Part shown: piece after piece, positions 24,065 through 36,154 of the stretch
Numbering within the stretch: position 1 is the stretch's first letter
Layout: each line of letters opens with the position of its first letter
Assembly (NCBI GenBank): GCA_965235115.1
Contig: OZ249436.1
Span: 16,432,001-16,492,000, forward strand
DNA from: Laetmonice hystrix
Lineage: Eukaryota
Reading direction: 5' to 3'
Length of the DNA stretch: 60,000 nucleotides
Translations under genes and position numbers: made by a program
Notes under the pieces: model-generated
The model's database searches: none
The model's input: the letters and a program-made list of their open reading frames with translations, nothing else
What the model was told of the DNA's origin: nothing

Positions 24065-24332
24065 GTTATTCTGCCGTCAGACGGCAGAATAACTTAGTTT
24101 GACCATAGACGTAGAGTAGACTCTAGGTCTATGGTTTGACTTATTACCAACATAAAACAATATGTTTGGGTTAGGGTTAAGGTTAGGCCTAGGGTTAGTG
24201 TTAGTTTAGTCCCAAAATTGTTGTTAATTAGGCACTAATTAGATAATCCGCTATCTGCCGTCAGACATCATGCAATAAGAATCCAGTATTGCACTGACAT
24301 ATGACCCATCCATACGCCGGCAGAATAACTAA
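24065..24332. mobile_element. Helentron/HINE-like non-autonomous element
   Basis: 29-bp palindrome gttattctgccgtc-a-gacggcagaataac at the left, matching cggcagaataac at ~24318, and an internal ggttagggttaaggttagg tract. Confidence 0.5.
24104..24133. mobile_element. 30-bp hairpin mini-element with 7-bp TSD (P-like CATAG termini)
   Basis: catagacgtagagt-ag-actctaggtctatg is flanked by gtttgac on both sides (24097-24103 and 24134-24140). Confidence 0.75.
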
Positions 24333-24511
24333 TGTTTAATGTTAAAGTTGTGTGTCTCACACTTTCTAAACTTGCCAAGTGGCACACATCACGGGTTAAG
24401 TTAGATAACCCCGCCGCGGGCACACGTATGTACGTGAAGGCCTGACGTGAGACCAGTCGGCCATGTTACAGGGTGTGTTGTTGTCGAGTGCCGAGCGCTG
24501 TCATATGGAGA

Positions 24512-24627
24512 GTGTCATGGTCTCTCTGGGTCGGGACCTTATTGTCATGGTCTCCCTGGGCCGGGAGCTTGTTGTCATGGTCTCCCTGGGCCGGGACCTT
24601 GTTGGCATGGTCTCCCTGGGCCGGGAC
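24512..24627. repeat. Tandem repeat, 30-bp unit x4
   Basis: Unit tgtcatggtctccctgggccgggaccttgt. Confidence 0.85.
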
Positions 24628-24801
24628 GGGACCAGCGCGTGCCGGGGGGGGGGGGGGGGGCTGCCGACACGACCGTGTCGGGATAAGGCGGAGGTTGGTG
24701 AGAGGGTAGCACCGTATATGGGAAGGGTGCTGACAACAGTGACATGAACCTCTCCTCAACCTCCCGGCGGCCGGCCGCGAAGACACAGAGATTCATCCCG
24801 G

Positions 24802-25873
24802 CAGGGGTGGCGGAGCGAAAAAAAAGTGGGTGCTAACTCCGCCATAGAAATGACTGCCGGGGGCGGGAGTCCGTGGAACTTGGAGGTCACATCGGCCCCA
24901 AACATGTGAAAATCCAACAGGGAATGCAACAACATTTGGGGAATAATTGATCGATGAATTTTATACTGTCCACATCAATTGGGAAAGAGCACCTTCCCCA
25001 ACCAAACTTACCTAGAATAGGGCTCACTTTGCAGGGAATCAGTACAAAATAACTTTAGGGTAAGTTCCCAACCCTATGGAAAAATATTTGGATTAAACAC
25101 TGAGTTTGAAATAAATTATAATCGACATACATACGTCTTGCTCTCTCTGCGCTGCCCACTTGTTACCCCGCCCATGTTAATTAAGGGGCTGCCCACTCGT
25201 TACCCCGCCCATGTTAATTAAGGGGCTGCCCACTCGTTACCCAACCCATGTTAATTAAGGGGCTGCCCACTCGTTACCCCGCCCATGCTAATTAAGGGGC
25301 TGCCCACTCGTTACCCCGCCCATGGTAATTAAGGGGCTGCCCACTCGTTACCCCGCCCATGTTAATTAAGGGGCTGCCCACTTGTTACCCCGCCCATGCT
25401 AATTAAGGGGCTGCCCACTCGTTACCCCGCCCATGCTAATTAAGGGGCTGCCCACTCGTTACCCCGCCCATGGTAATTAAAGGCTACTATTTTTTTCTCG
25501 TTGTCTCACTTATTATTGGAATTTTATCTTGCTGTGGCTGATGTACGTAAATATTACAGTATCTGGTCAATAAACGAACTTACTAACTAGGTCAAATAAG
25601 ATTTCAGAAGCTGCTGCGCTGGTGACCTCTGACCATAGGCAGAACGACAGTGTGATCCTGGAGAGGTCACTAAAGGCTTATGCCCATGTAAAATTAGGCC
25701 TAGTCTAATATTGAGAAGAAGAAGAACTTTGAAAACTTACCTTTCATTTTTTTCACTGGCCTCTAAATAAGTGTGTGTGTGTGGGGGGGGGGGGCTTAGC
25801 CCCCCCCCCCCACTCCTCAGAGTGCGAGGGCTAAAGCGCCCCAGCCCCCCCCCCCCCGGCTCCGCCACCCCTG
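24802..25873. mobile_element. hAT-like non-autonomous transposon carrying a minisatellite
   Basis: Perfect 15-bp TIR caggggtggcggagc/gctccgccacccctg. 8-bp TSD catcccgg at 24794-24801 and 25874-25881. Confidence 0.9.
25151..25481. repeat. Minisatellite, 37-bp unit x9, inside hAT element
   Basis: Unit gctgcccactcgttaccccgcccatgttaattaaggg. Confidence 0.95.
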
Positions 25874-26133
25874 CATCCCGGCCAAGTCAGGCCGCTGAGA
25901 GGGCCTCCCGGCACGGACACCACCGTTGACATAATACCCAGTGACACATGCAGTTAGGTCGTCACCAGTACAGATAAATAGTAGCGCATATTCAATGTCC
26001 ATGAACCTTGCCGTGACAAACTGTTGTATACCCCAGCTGCCAGCATGTTATTTAGAACAAGGTACCGGCGAGGAGAGAACTGTACACCGAATAACTAACC
26101 TGGCGCTATATCTCCTGTGAGAACTCCCGAAAT

Positions 26134-26620
26134 ATATCAGTGTGGGAGGTGAGTGGACCTTGGGTTCGACGTCAGTTGTAGTGGCCCAACAATCAGACAG
26201 TGTCGGAGGTGAGCGGACCTTGGGGCGACGTCAGTTGTAGTGGCCCAACAATCAGACCGTGTCGGAGGTGAGCGGACCTTGGGGCGACGTCAGTTGTAGT
26301 GGCCCAACAATCAGACAGTGTCGGAGGTGAGCGGACCTTGGGGCGACGTCAGTTGTAGTGGCCCAACAATCAGACAGTGTCGGAGGCGAGCGGACCTTGG
26401 GTTCGACGTCAGTTGTAGTGGCCCAACAATCAGACAGTGTGGGAGGTGAGCGGACCTTGGGGCGACGTCAGTTGTAGTGGCCCAACAATCAGACAGTGTC
26501 GGAGGCGAGCGGACCTTGGGTTCGACGTCAGTTGTAGTGGCCCAACAATCAGACAGTGTCGGAGGCGAGCGGACCTTGGGTTCGACGTCAGTTGTAGTGG
26601 CCCAACAGTACGACAGTGTC
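26134..26620. repeat. Minisatellite, 59/60-bp unit x8
   Basis: Unit gtcagttgtagtggcccaacaatcagacagtgtcggaggtgagcggaccttggggcgac. Confidence 0.95.
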
Positions 26621-27064
26621 ACAGGTCGTGGAGTGGACATTGGATTCGACTCCAAGTTGTGGTCCAACAACCGTGTCTTGTCACAACCTGGTGCCCTACA
26701 TTCTATTGACGACGAGTTTTATGCGAGTTTTATGTTTTATGAAAGACGCAGAAATAGAAAAATGGACATCTACCTTTTAAAAACTTAAAAATGAATATGT
26801 TTGAACTACCCTTAATTAAATTACAGCTTAATTAATATGATAACGAAAATTATGCTGACGGCAAGTGACCATAAATGCTCCTCTATATGATAGTGTCTTC
26901 CATCTTGTCAATCTTCTATAGTCTGTACTACGTCGTAGATATACATGCAGGACTGAGGCTTTCCTACATTTGTGGGATTGAAATGATCGGCCATGGCAAC
27001 CAAACAGATATAGGCCTTATACCTGGTATACCGCGGTCGAGTCCTATAATCAAAGAACGTACAT

Positions 27065-27241
27065 GATATAACTATGATATAACATGACATAACTATAGTG
27101 CCTTACAGGGCCGTGCCCAGAGATTGGTGCAGGGCGGTTATTGGTGCAGGGGGGGATATAACTATGATATAACATGATATAACTATAGTGCCTTACAAGG
27201 CCGTGCCCAGAGATTGGTGCAGGGCGGTTATTGGTGCAGGA
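27065..27241. repeat. 90-bp tandem duplication (2 copies)
   Basis: gatataactatgatataac...ttattggtgcagg at 27065 and 27155. Confidence 0.9.
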
Positions 27242-28307
27242 GGGCCGGGGGGGGGGGGGGGGGGGTACAGTGGACGGATCCAAGTGTTAGTTAGAACCTA
27301 AAAAGCCTAAAAAGAAAAATATACTGCAAACGCTTCTGACCGACGGACGCCGTGGTTGGTGGGTAATTTGTAGATGGCCGCCGTGGACCCGGTTTATCAA
27401 GGTCCCGACCACTGTCATGGATCTTTGTTACTGTTAGTATGAGCAGGGACAGCGGTTCCGGTAGTACTGACACTTTCCGTTAGGACTTGTCAGGATGACA
27501 GATTAAAGTGAGCTTTGTTCAGTGTACACGCAACGATCGATGATTAAATCATCATGCTACTACCGTGCATGGCTGATTGCCGTAAAGTTTACTTACTGCC
27601 GTCAGCCTGAAAGCTGTCGGCACTTGCAGAATGTCCAAGTCCATTTCATGGCTGGGGTCAGGCCACCCACCCCCACCTACTGGACACAGGTCCTGCCATA
27701 TCCCACCCCCACATGCTGGACACAGTACGCCCCCCCCCCCCCCCCCCAACCTGCTGACACAGTGGGCCCTCCCACCTGATGGACACAGTCCAGTCACCCC
27801 CCCCCCCCCTCCACCTGATGGACACAGTCAGGGCATCCCCCACCTGATGGACACAGTCAGCCCTCCTCCCCTGCATGATGGACACAGTCAGGGCACCCCC
27901 CAGCACCGGCCACATCGCCCGATGTGCTGACCACAGCTGATTAACTACGAGATCGAGATACATGTAGTTGCACAGGCGGACTGCTACACCGGGTCTCTGT
28001 TGACACACAGGCGGACTGCCACACCGGGTCTCTGTTGACACACAGGCGGACTGCCACACCGGGTCTCTGTTGACACACAGGCGGACGGTCACACCGGGTC
28101 TCTGTTGACACACAGGCGGACGGCCACACCGGGTCTCTGTTGACACACAGGCGGACCGCCACACCGGGTCTCTGTTGACACACAGGCGGACGGTCACACC
28201 GGGTCTCTGTTGACACACAAGCGGACCGCCACACCGGGTCTCTGTTGACACAGAGGCGGACCGCCACACCGGGTCTCTGTTGACACACAAGCGGACCGCC
28301 ACACCGG

Positions 28308-30142
28308 GAGGGTGTTTCATAAACCGGTGTCGTTAGTCGTCATTGTCGGACGTTGACGACACTGGCTGGACGATCTTCGCCCGACCTGTCGTTCATTTCG
28401 TTTCATAAAAATTATCGTCCACAACAAATGTAGTTAGTAAGTAAATCGACGATTTTGTCGTCCGACACTTGTAAACGTCGTAGGTGCTGTCGTCAAAAAT
28501 ATAGTTGTAGTGTCGCACGATTCCACGACATGTAACGTAACGATGGTATTGAGGAAGTCACGTGACCTCGAACATGGGTCTGAATATAGGGCTATAACTC
28601 AACAAAGGTGCAAGATAGAGTCAAACTTACTATAGAATATGTATAGGAAGTCATATATGCTCTTTCATTATACACCATTATTTTTTAGATCACGTGACCT
28701 ATGACGTCATCAGGAGATGATCTATATATTCAGAGGTCTATAACTGGTTGAACTTAGGGTCATAGTTACTACTGAACACTAATAGGAAGTCATATATATG
28801 CTCTTCTGTTTGGCACCATTATTTTTTAGGTCACGTGACCTATGACATCATCAGGAGGTTATTATATTCACAGGGCTATAACTTGTGACTGGTTGAACGT
28901 AGAGCCACAGTTACTATTAAATGCTAATAGGAAGTCGCATTATGCTCTTTCCTTTGACACCATTTTTTAGGTCACATGACCTAAGACCTTATAAGGATAT
29001 GATCTTTCTTTTCTTATGGGTGTAACTTGTAAATGGTTAAAGATAAAACCATAGTTCCTAGTAAACACTGGTAGAAAGTCATATGCTCCTTCATTCATAC
29101 AATATTTTTTAGGTCACGTGACCTCTAAAGTCATAAGGAGGTCATCTATATTTTCTCAAGGCTGTAAATGGTCGAACTTGGACCCATAGTTACTATTCAA
29201 CACCAATAGACATATTTTTAGGTCACGTGACCTATGACGTATGCCTGCTATAACACAATGATATGACATAATACATAGGTCTAAGTTGTCACCGTGTATG
29301 GTTGGCTCCGTGATAGAGTGTAGGCCCTTCATGGAAGAAGTCTGCGGTTCGAATCCCAGCCGATGCAATTTTTTTTTATTTAATTCATCATTGTTGATTA
29401 CTACTATAGTCATTATTTTACAGCAAGACAAGAATTATATGTGTGCAGGGGTGGCGTAGTGACACAGTTTAGGAGGCCAGAGTTTATTTATTTTTTTTCC
29501 TGATATCCGACATTGAAATAATTATGTTAAAATTTTCAATAAATCTTACATGCCAAACAGCTGGAAACACTACAGGTATTTATCAGATATATTTATTTCC
29601 TTTTACATTAAACAATATATACTTATTCGTTGAATGGCAGTTAACCCTCCACCTCTGGGGTCCTGTGCAGTGGTGCATTACCCTCCTCTTTCATATGCAT
29701 CACAAAGCTTCACTGCAAATTGCCGATCAATTCTATATACCGTAACTGATGGACCGGGAAGTGGCCGATTGGGTCCAGACGCGGGTGGTATATTTTCGGC
29801 GCCTTATCTCTTCTCACTTCTACCACGTGCCCTCCTTCCGCCATGTTGAAGTTTGAAGTTTGAACCCACATATTGGGTTTCAAAAAGAGGCCCTGCGCCT
29901 CTTTTTAAAATCCTACGACACCCCCCCCCCCCCTGGGGTGTCGCCGGTTACCACAGTAATACTGTCGCACGATTCCTATAGTTAGTCGTACGATTTCTTT
30001 TTGAAACAGAAAGTAACTATACTAAACCCATCGGTAGTTGTTTCTATCGTGCGACACTACAGTAATATTATGAAACACGACAGCATCGTGCGACACTGTA
30101 GTTAGTCGTGCGACTAACGACACCGGTTTATGAAACACCCCC
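28308..30142. mobile_element. 1.8-kb non-autonomous Harbinger-like element inserted in 35-bp minisatellite
   Basis: ~32-bp TIR gagggtgtttcataaaccggtgtcgttagtcg. TSD CGG at 28305-07 and 30143-45. The array resumes after it. Internal ~120-bp degenerate repeats with ggtcacgtgacct/ataggaagtc. Confidence 0.88.
29296..29377 (+). other. tRNA-like Pol III module inside the DNA transposon
   Basis: A-box-like tggctccgtga, perfect B box ggttcgaatccc, then an oligo-T run. The cloverleaf is not intact. Confidence 0.5.
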
Positions 30143-32419
30143 CGGGTCTCTGTTGACACGCAAGCGGACCGCCACACCGGGGGTCCGTTCCACTAACGAA
30201 AGACGTCTTTAGCAAAGGCGTCTTTGGAAAGACGTCTTTGCGGGGCCAATGTTAAAGAATAGGAGGTTAGTGGAACACCCGTCGCTGCAAAGACCTCTTT
30301 GGCTTAGCACGGCTGATTGGGGTAAACTGCAGAAATAAGCAAGTAAAAGGCCGTATCCACTAAGCCGGCCGACAGGTGTCAACATTTTGACTTATATGGG
30401 TTGGCCATAGTAGACTGAAAAAGGAATACATGCTGCGATATATTTGTATGTGCTCCGATGCATTTTCAAACTCGGCGGGCTGGCCGGCTCAGCGGGTGTA
30501 ATAAACGTCAGAATAACCACGATCACACAGAAAACGATTTCCAATGAAGAAATCTGGAATAAGTTTGCAACAAAAGACGCTCGCCCTCAGCATCTCCTAC
30601 ATGTTTCTGTCCTTCTCTGCCTAATGAAACATCGCAGTGTCTCAGCAGCCGAAGTTAAGGCTTTTGATCTTCCGAGTTGGCGCTTGGTATTTCTGCATAG
30701 ATAGGCAAGAAGGCAACTGCGTATAAAAGCCAGAGGAGCGTAATTATCTGACTTATCAGGCAATGTCTCTAATTGTATTCAAAATATCTGAAAACTGTCA
30801 GACCTGTTAATGTGATGAACCAATGGTACAGTCGTTTGGAGGAGGGGGAGGAGAGATAGATGCTACGTAATTTGGACGAGATAATAGTAGATCTATGGCT
30901 CTGTGGAATTAACAGGCAAGGATTCCATTGGAAGAGGGTTGTGCGATCATACAAAGGGAAAAGTTCATGCAGAATTACTTTTTATATGTTTCTGTAGAGC
31001 TGAGACAAAACTAATAATACATTATTAGCCTTATCTGGATAATTGAAAGCGGAAAGGTGGCGTAGAGTTTTAACTTTGTAAGGCCGATAAGTAGCATATA
31101 TCAGCTGCTAAACCCCTTTGTGAACTGAAACTTGATAAGACATCTAAAGATCCAATAGAGCAGCTACCTTCACGATGTGTGTGACTGTAATATAACTTGG
31201 CCTCAGTTTTTTTTAAACAATGGCGATGAAAGGTGTGCCTTCTATCAGCAGAACACATAAACTGGTAGTTCACAAGGACGCTAATACTATTTGCTTCTAT
31301 TGAAGCCAGGGAGGGAAGGAGGGGGCAGCCAAATTTGAGGGATTGAATCCTTAAATGAAAACGAATACTAAGACATTGATTAAACTTGCGAAAGGCCTCT
31401 GGTTATGTCTCAGGTGTCGGTCCTCGCTGTGTGAGGGTGTTTGGGGTAGGTGACTATAGGGTGTTCGGGATGGGTGTGGGTAAGGGTGTTTGAGTTGGGT
31501 GAGTGTGAATTTGTTTGGGGTGGGTGAGTTAGGGTGTTGGGTGAGATTGTTCTCTGTGAACGGCACTGTAGAAATAAAGGTCCCACTTTATGATTTTTTC
31601 ATCAATTCATTAATAATATTGTTCTTACAGGTATTCATCAATTGATTAATAATATTGTTCTCACAGCAGGTATTCCAAGTATTTTGTTAGATGCAACACA
31701 ATAAAATATGCACTGCCAATATTTTTGGCTGTTGTCAGAAGCGATGCAGACTACATTCCTGTCATGGAGAATCAGCTCAAATTAGGGATTTATCATTCCA
31801 GCACTAGCGATCATTATTTCACTGGCAGGGGGGGGGGGGGTTAATTTGGGATTTTGACGGGAGGGCGGGGGCGGCTGGGGGGCGGGGGGGATCCCCGCCC
31901 GTCTGAATCCAAACCTGTCGTTCCAAACGACCCTCAGATTCTGCAACACAAACATGTCTGACGACATAATTTTTGACGTCGTTCTAAAAATGTCGTCTGA
32001 TTAGGAAACGGCCCCATTCTGACCAAAGATATTCCTCATATTACATGTTACAGTCATGCTAGAGACATATAATATGTGAGAATAGAACCCTTATAATGTT
32101 ATAGCCAGCACATTTGACGGTTAGGCACATTTGACACATTGAACTGCGGCTTTCAGTGGGCGGAGTCTGCTTGTCTAGATCAAAACATCCCCTCCAGAAT
32201 AGATGAAAGTGGATAGATTGAAGAATCGCATTGTAATCTGGCTCCCAGCTCCAAACGTAATTCTGATTAGACCGTCAAATCTCTGCCAAGTCTGAACCAC
32301 TTTTATTTAAGGTGACTCAATCGAAAATTGTTTTGAGATGGTGGACTTCAATTCGTGAAAGTTCGCAAGGATAGGTCTTCAGCTGTATGGTGGCGCTAGG
32401 GTTCAGAAGACGGGTTGTT

Positions 32420-32710
32420 ACTAGCCTGAGATACGGTTAAAATGATGGGTCGATGGGTTATTGGCCTGAGTTAGGGTTAGAATGACGGATTGTCATTGGC
32501 CTGAGCGAAGGTTAAAATGATGGGTTGTCATTGGCCTGAGTTAGGGTTAGGACAATGCGTTGTCATTGGCCCGAGTTAGGGTTAGGATGATGGGTTGTCA
32601 CTGGCCTGAGTTAGGGTTAGGATGATGGGTTGTCACTGGCCTGAGTTAGGGTTAGGATGATGGGTTGTCATGCCTGAATTAGGGTTAGGACGATGGGTTG
32701 TCCTTGGCCG
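32420..32710. repeat. Minisatellite, 35-bp unit containing ttagggttagg
   Basis: Unit tgggttgtcactggcctgagttagggttaggatga. Confidence 0.88.
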
Positions 32711-33050
32711 GAGAAGGGGGCAATGGTCTGGTCCTTGGCCTGGAGCATCCGCAGAAGTGGCACTCGTCCTTCTTTTCCCCCTGCCACTTCATGCAAGGTC
32801 AGACCAGTTCACCAAACGCCCACTCTGTCATGCAATCAGGTTATTGGTAATTAGTACCAACTCTGGTTAATGAGACGCCCCCCCCCGTCACCGTATGCTG
32901 GCCTACATTGTGGCCGTTATAACCAGTTAGAGTAGTCGGTTTACTGAAACCATGTTCTATTTGAAGGTTGTCTCCACTATGCCGGCAGGCCGGTGTCAAC
33001 ATTTTGACATGGTAAAAGTTTTATGGTCGGCCATAGTAAACAAAAATAAG

Positions 33051-33350
33051 AATACATCCTGCAATCTCTATGTATGTGCTCACATTTAGATCCCTGATTT
33101 AATACATCCTGCAATCTATTTGTATGTGCCCACATTTAGATCCCTGGTTCAATACTTCCTGCAATCTATTTGTATGTGCTCACATTGAGATCCCTGATTC
33201 AATACATCCTGCAATCTATTTGTATGTGCTCACATTTAGATCCCTGATTCAATACATCCTGCAATCTATTTGTATGTGCTCACATTTAGACCCCTTATTT
33301 AATACATCCTGCAATCTATTTGTATGTGCTCACATTTAGATCCCTTATTC
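33051..33350. repeat. Minisatellite, 50-bp unit x6
   Basis: Unit aatacatcctgcaatctatttgtatgtgctcacatttagatccctgattc. Confidence 0.95.
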
Positions 33351-33697
33351 ATGTCTACGTTCAGTATAATCGGGCCAACCACACCCGTGCATTTTCGGAA
33401 TCGGTTGGCCGTCCGGGCGGTCGGCTGAGTGGATATCTGGCCTTCAAGTTTGATTTGACCGTGTCGGCTGGTTCCAGGAGTCACGCAGAGAACCCAGAGA
33501 CTGTTAGCACGGAGTAGAATTCTTAGTAAACACTCCCGTCAACCAGTAATTACCGTACGACTGCCGGGAGCCTTGGCAAGTCTGTCATCACGAACACACG
33601 ACGGTGGTGGCGGGGGTGGTGGTGGTGGTGGTGGTGGTGGGGGGGGGGGGGGGGTCGGGAGGGGGCCTTGGGGTGCAGGACTTTAAGACGTCCACTA

Positions 33698-33860
33698 CGT
33701 TCGATCACCTGTGTGTTATTTGTAGCCGATCACGTGTGGGTTGAGTTCGATCACCTGTGTGTTATTTGTAGCCGATCACGTGTGGGTTGAGTTCGATCAC
33801 CTGTGTGTTATTTGTAGCCGATCACGTGTGGGTTGAGTTCGATCACGGGTGTGTTATCTG
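33698..33860. repeat. Tandem repeat, 46-bp unit x3.5
   Basis: Unit ttcgatcacctgtgtgttatttgtagccgatcacgtgtgggttgag. Confidence 0.9.
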
Positions 33861-34189
33861 TTTACACGTACAGTGGGATATTGGAGTGTACACACGTGTT
33901 GTGATACTGGCCCGGGGGTGTTATAGGAGTGAATCTCCCCTTCGTCCCCCACTCCCCCCACCCCCACATACACCCACCCCCACACACCCACACACCCACA
34001 CACCCCACGCCAACACACACATGATGTGGCCATGTGATTCACATGCAGTGACGAACATTTCAGTTCCGAAGCCTTCAATTAGCAATCCTTAAGCTTGCTA
34101 ATATAAGGACATAATTATACGACATGCCGCCTGCATATAAATTCATTACCACAAGTAATTAAGGTTTAGTATATTGTGTTAGAATTCGC

Positions 34190-35849
34190 CATCCATCGAT
34201 TGTCGGGGTCTTTGACCCGCCGTCCATCCACCATCCATTGTCTGAGTCTGTGACCCGACATCCATCCATCCATCCATTGTCTGAGTCTGTGACCCGACAT
34301 CCATCCATCCATTATCTGAGTCTGTGACCCGACATCCATCCATCTATCCATTGTCTGAGTCTGTGACCCGACATTCATCCATTCATCCATTGTCTGAGTC
34401 TGTGACCCGACATCCATCCATCCATTGTCTGAGTCTGTGACCAGACATCCATCCATCCATCCATTATCTGAGTCTGTGACCCGACATCCATCCATCCATC
34501 CATCCATCCATTGTCTGAGTCTGTGACCCGACATCCATCCATCCATTATCTGAGTCTGTGACCCGACATCCATCCATCCATCCATTGTCTGAGTCTGTGA
34601 CCCGACATCCATCCATCCATTGTCTGAGTCTGTGACCATCCATCCATCCATCCATCCATCCATCCATTGTCTGAGTCTGTGACCCGACATCTATCCATCC
34701 ATTGTCTGAGTCTGTGACCCGACATCCATCCATCCATTGTCTGAGTCTGTGACCCGACATCCAGCCATCCATCCATCCATTGTCTGCGTCTGTGACCCGA
34801 CATCCATCCATCCATTATCTGAGTCTGTGACCCGACATCCATCCATCCATCCATTGTCTGAGTCTGTGACCAGACATCCATCCATCCATTGTCTGAGTCT
34901 GTGACCATCCATCCATCCATCCATCCATCCATCCATTGTCTGAGTCTGTGACCCGACATCCATCCATCCATTGTCTGAGTCTGTGACCCGACATCCATCC
35001 ATCCATTGTCTGAGTCTGTGACCCGACATCCATCCATCCATCCATTGTCTGAGTCTGTGACCCGACATCCATCCATCCATCCATTGTCTGAGTCTGTGAC
35101 CCGACATCCATCCATCCATTGTCTGAGTCTGTGACCCGACATCCATCCATCCATTGTCTGAGTCTGTGACCAGACATCCATCCATCCATTGTCTGAGTCT
35201 GTGACCCGGCATCCATCCATTGTCTGAGTCTGTGACCAGACATCCATCCATCCATTGTCTGAGTCTGTGACCAGACATCCATCCATCCATTGTCTGAGTC
35301 TGTGACCCGACATCCATCCATTCATCCATTATCTGAGTCTGTGACCCGACATCCATCCATCCATCCATTGTCTGAGTCTGTGACCCGACATCCATCCATC
35401 CATTGTCTGAGTCTGTGACCAGACATCCATCCATCCATTGTCTGAGTCTGTGACCCGACATCCATCCATCCATCCATTGTCTGAGTCTGTGACCCGACAT
35501 CCATTCATCCATTGTCTGAGTCTGTGACCAGACATCCATCCATCCATTGTCTGAGTCTGTGACCCGACATCCATCCATCCATTGTCTGAGTCTGTGACCC
35601 GACATCCATCCATCCATTGTCTGAGTCTGTGACCCGACATCCATCCATCCATTGTCTGAGTCTGTGACCCGACATCCATCCATCCATCCATCCATCCATT
35701 GTCTGAGTCTGTGACCCGACATCCATCCATTCATCCATTGTCTGAGTCTGTGACCCGTTACCCGACATCCATCCATCCATCCATCCATCCATCCATTTAT
35801 CCATCTATCCACCCATTGATCCATCCATCTATCCATTGTCTGAGTCTGT
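34190..35849. repeat. Compound satellite: constant 22-mer plus variable (CATC)n
   Basis: attgtctgagtctgtgacccga separated by about 2-7 CATC units. Confidence 0.95.
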
Positions 35850-36154
35850 AAGACATGGTGCACAGATGGCGGCTGGTGGGATTCCCATCCGGCAGAGGTC
35901 AGCTGGATAATTCCGAAAGAAAAACTAAAAGAAGAAGAAAACGACAGTTGTATTTTGGACACTTGGGTCAAATTAAAGGCTTATTTCACTGGTGAGATAC
36001 TAAGGCTGATTGTCTCCAGCAGCCAGGCGGCATTGTAAAGAATTTCTTTAATTTTAATTTTTATGCAGGAAAATGAAAAGGTCGTAATTGTCGTGAGTAA
36101 TGGGAGGGAGAAAAAGAAATTATTGTGGAGATTGTCACAGGGAGGGCAAGAAAT

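Larger units (their letters stand above)
27970..30180. repeat. Minisatellite, 35-bp unit, split by transposon (27970-28307 and 30143-30180)
   Basis: Unit acaccgggtctctgttgacacacaggcggactgcc. Confidence 0.9.

Noticed and set aside
29296..29367. Functional tRNA gene
   Set aside because: The B box is intact, but acceptor, D and anticodon stems do not pair properly, and it lies inside a transposon.
31070..31273. PHD/RING-like CxxxxxHxFHxxC peptide (LINE ORF1?)
   Set aside because: The motif is incomplete and there is no neighbouring endonuclease or RT remnant.
34190..35849. CRISPR-like repeat/spacer appearance
   Set aside because: Spacers are only (CATC)n rather than unique sequence, the context is eukaryotic and there are no cas genes.
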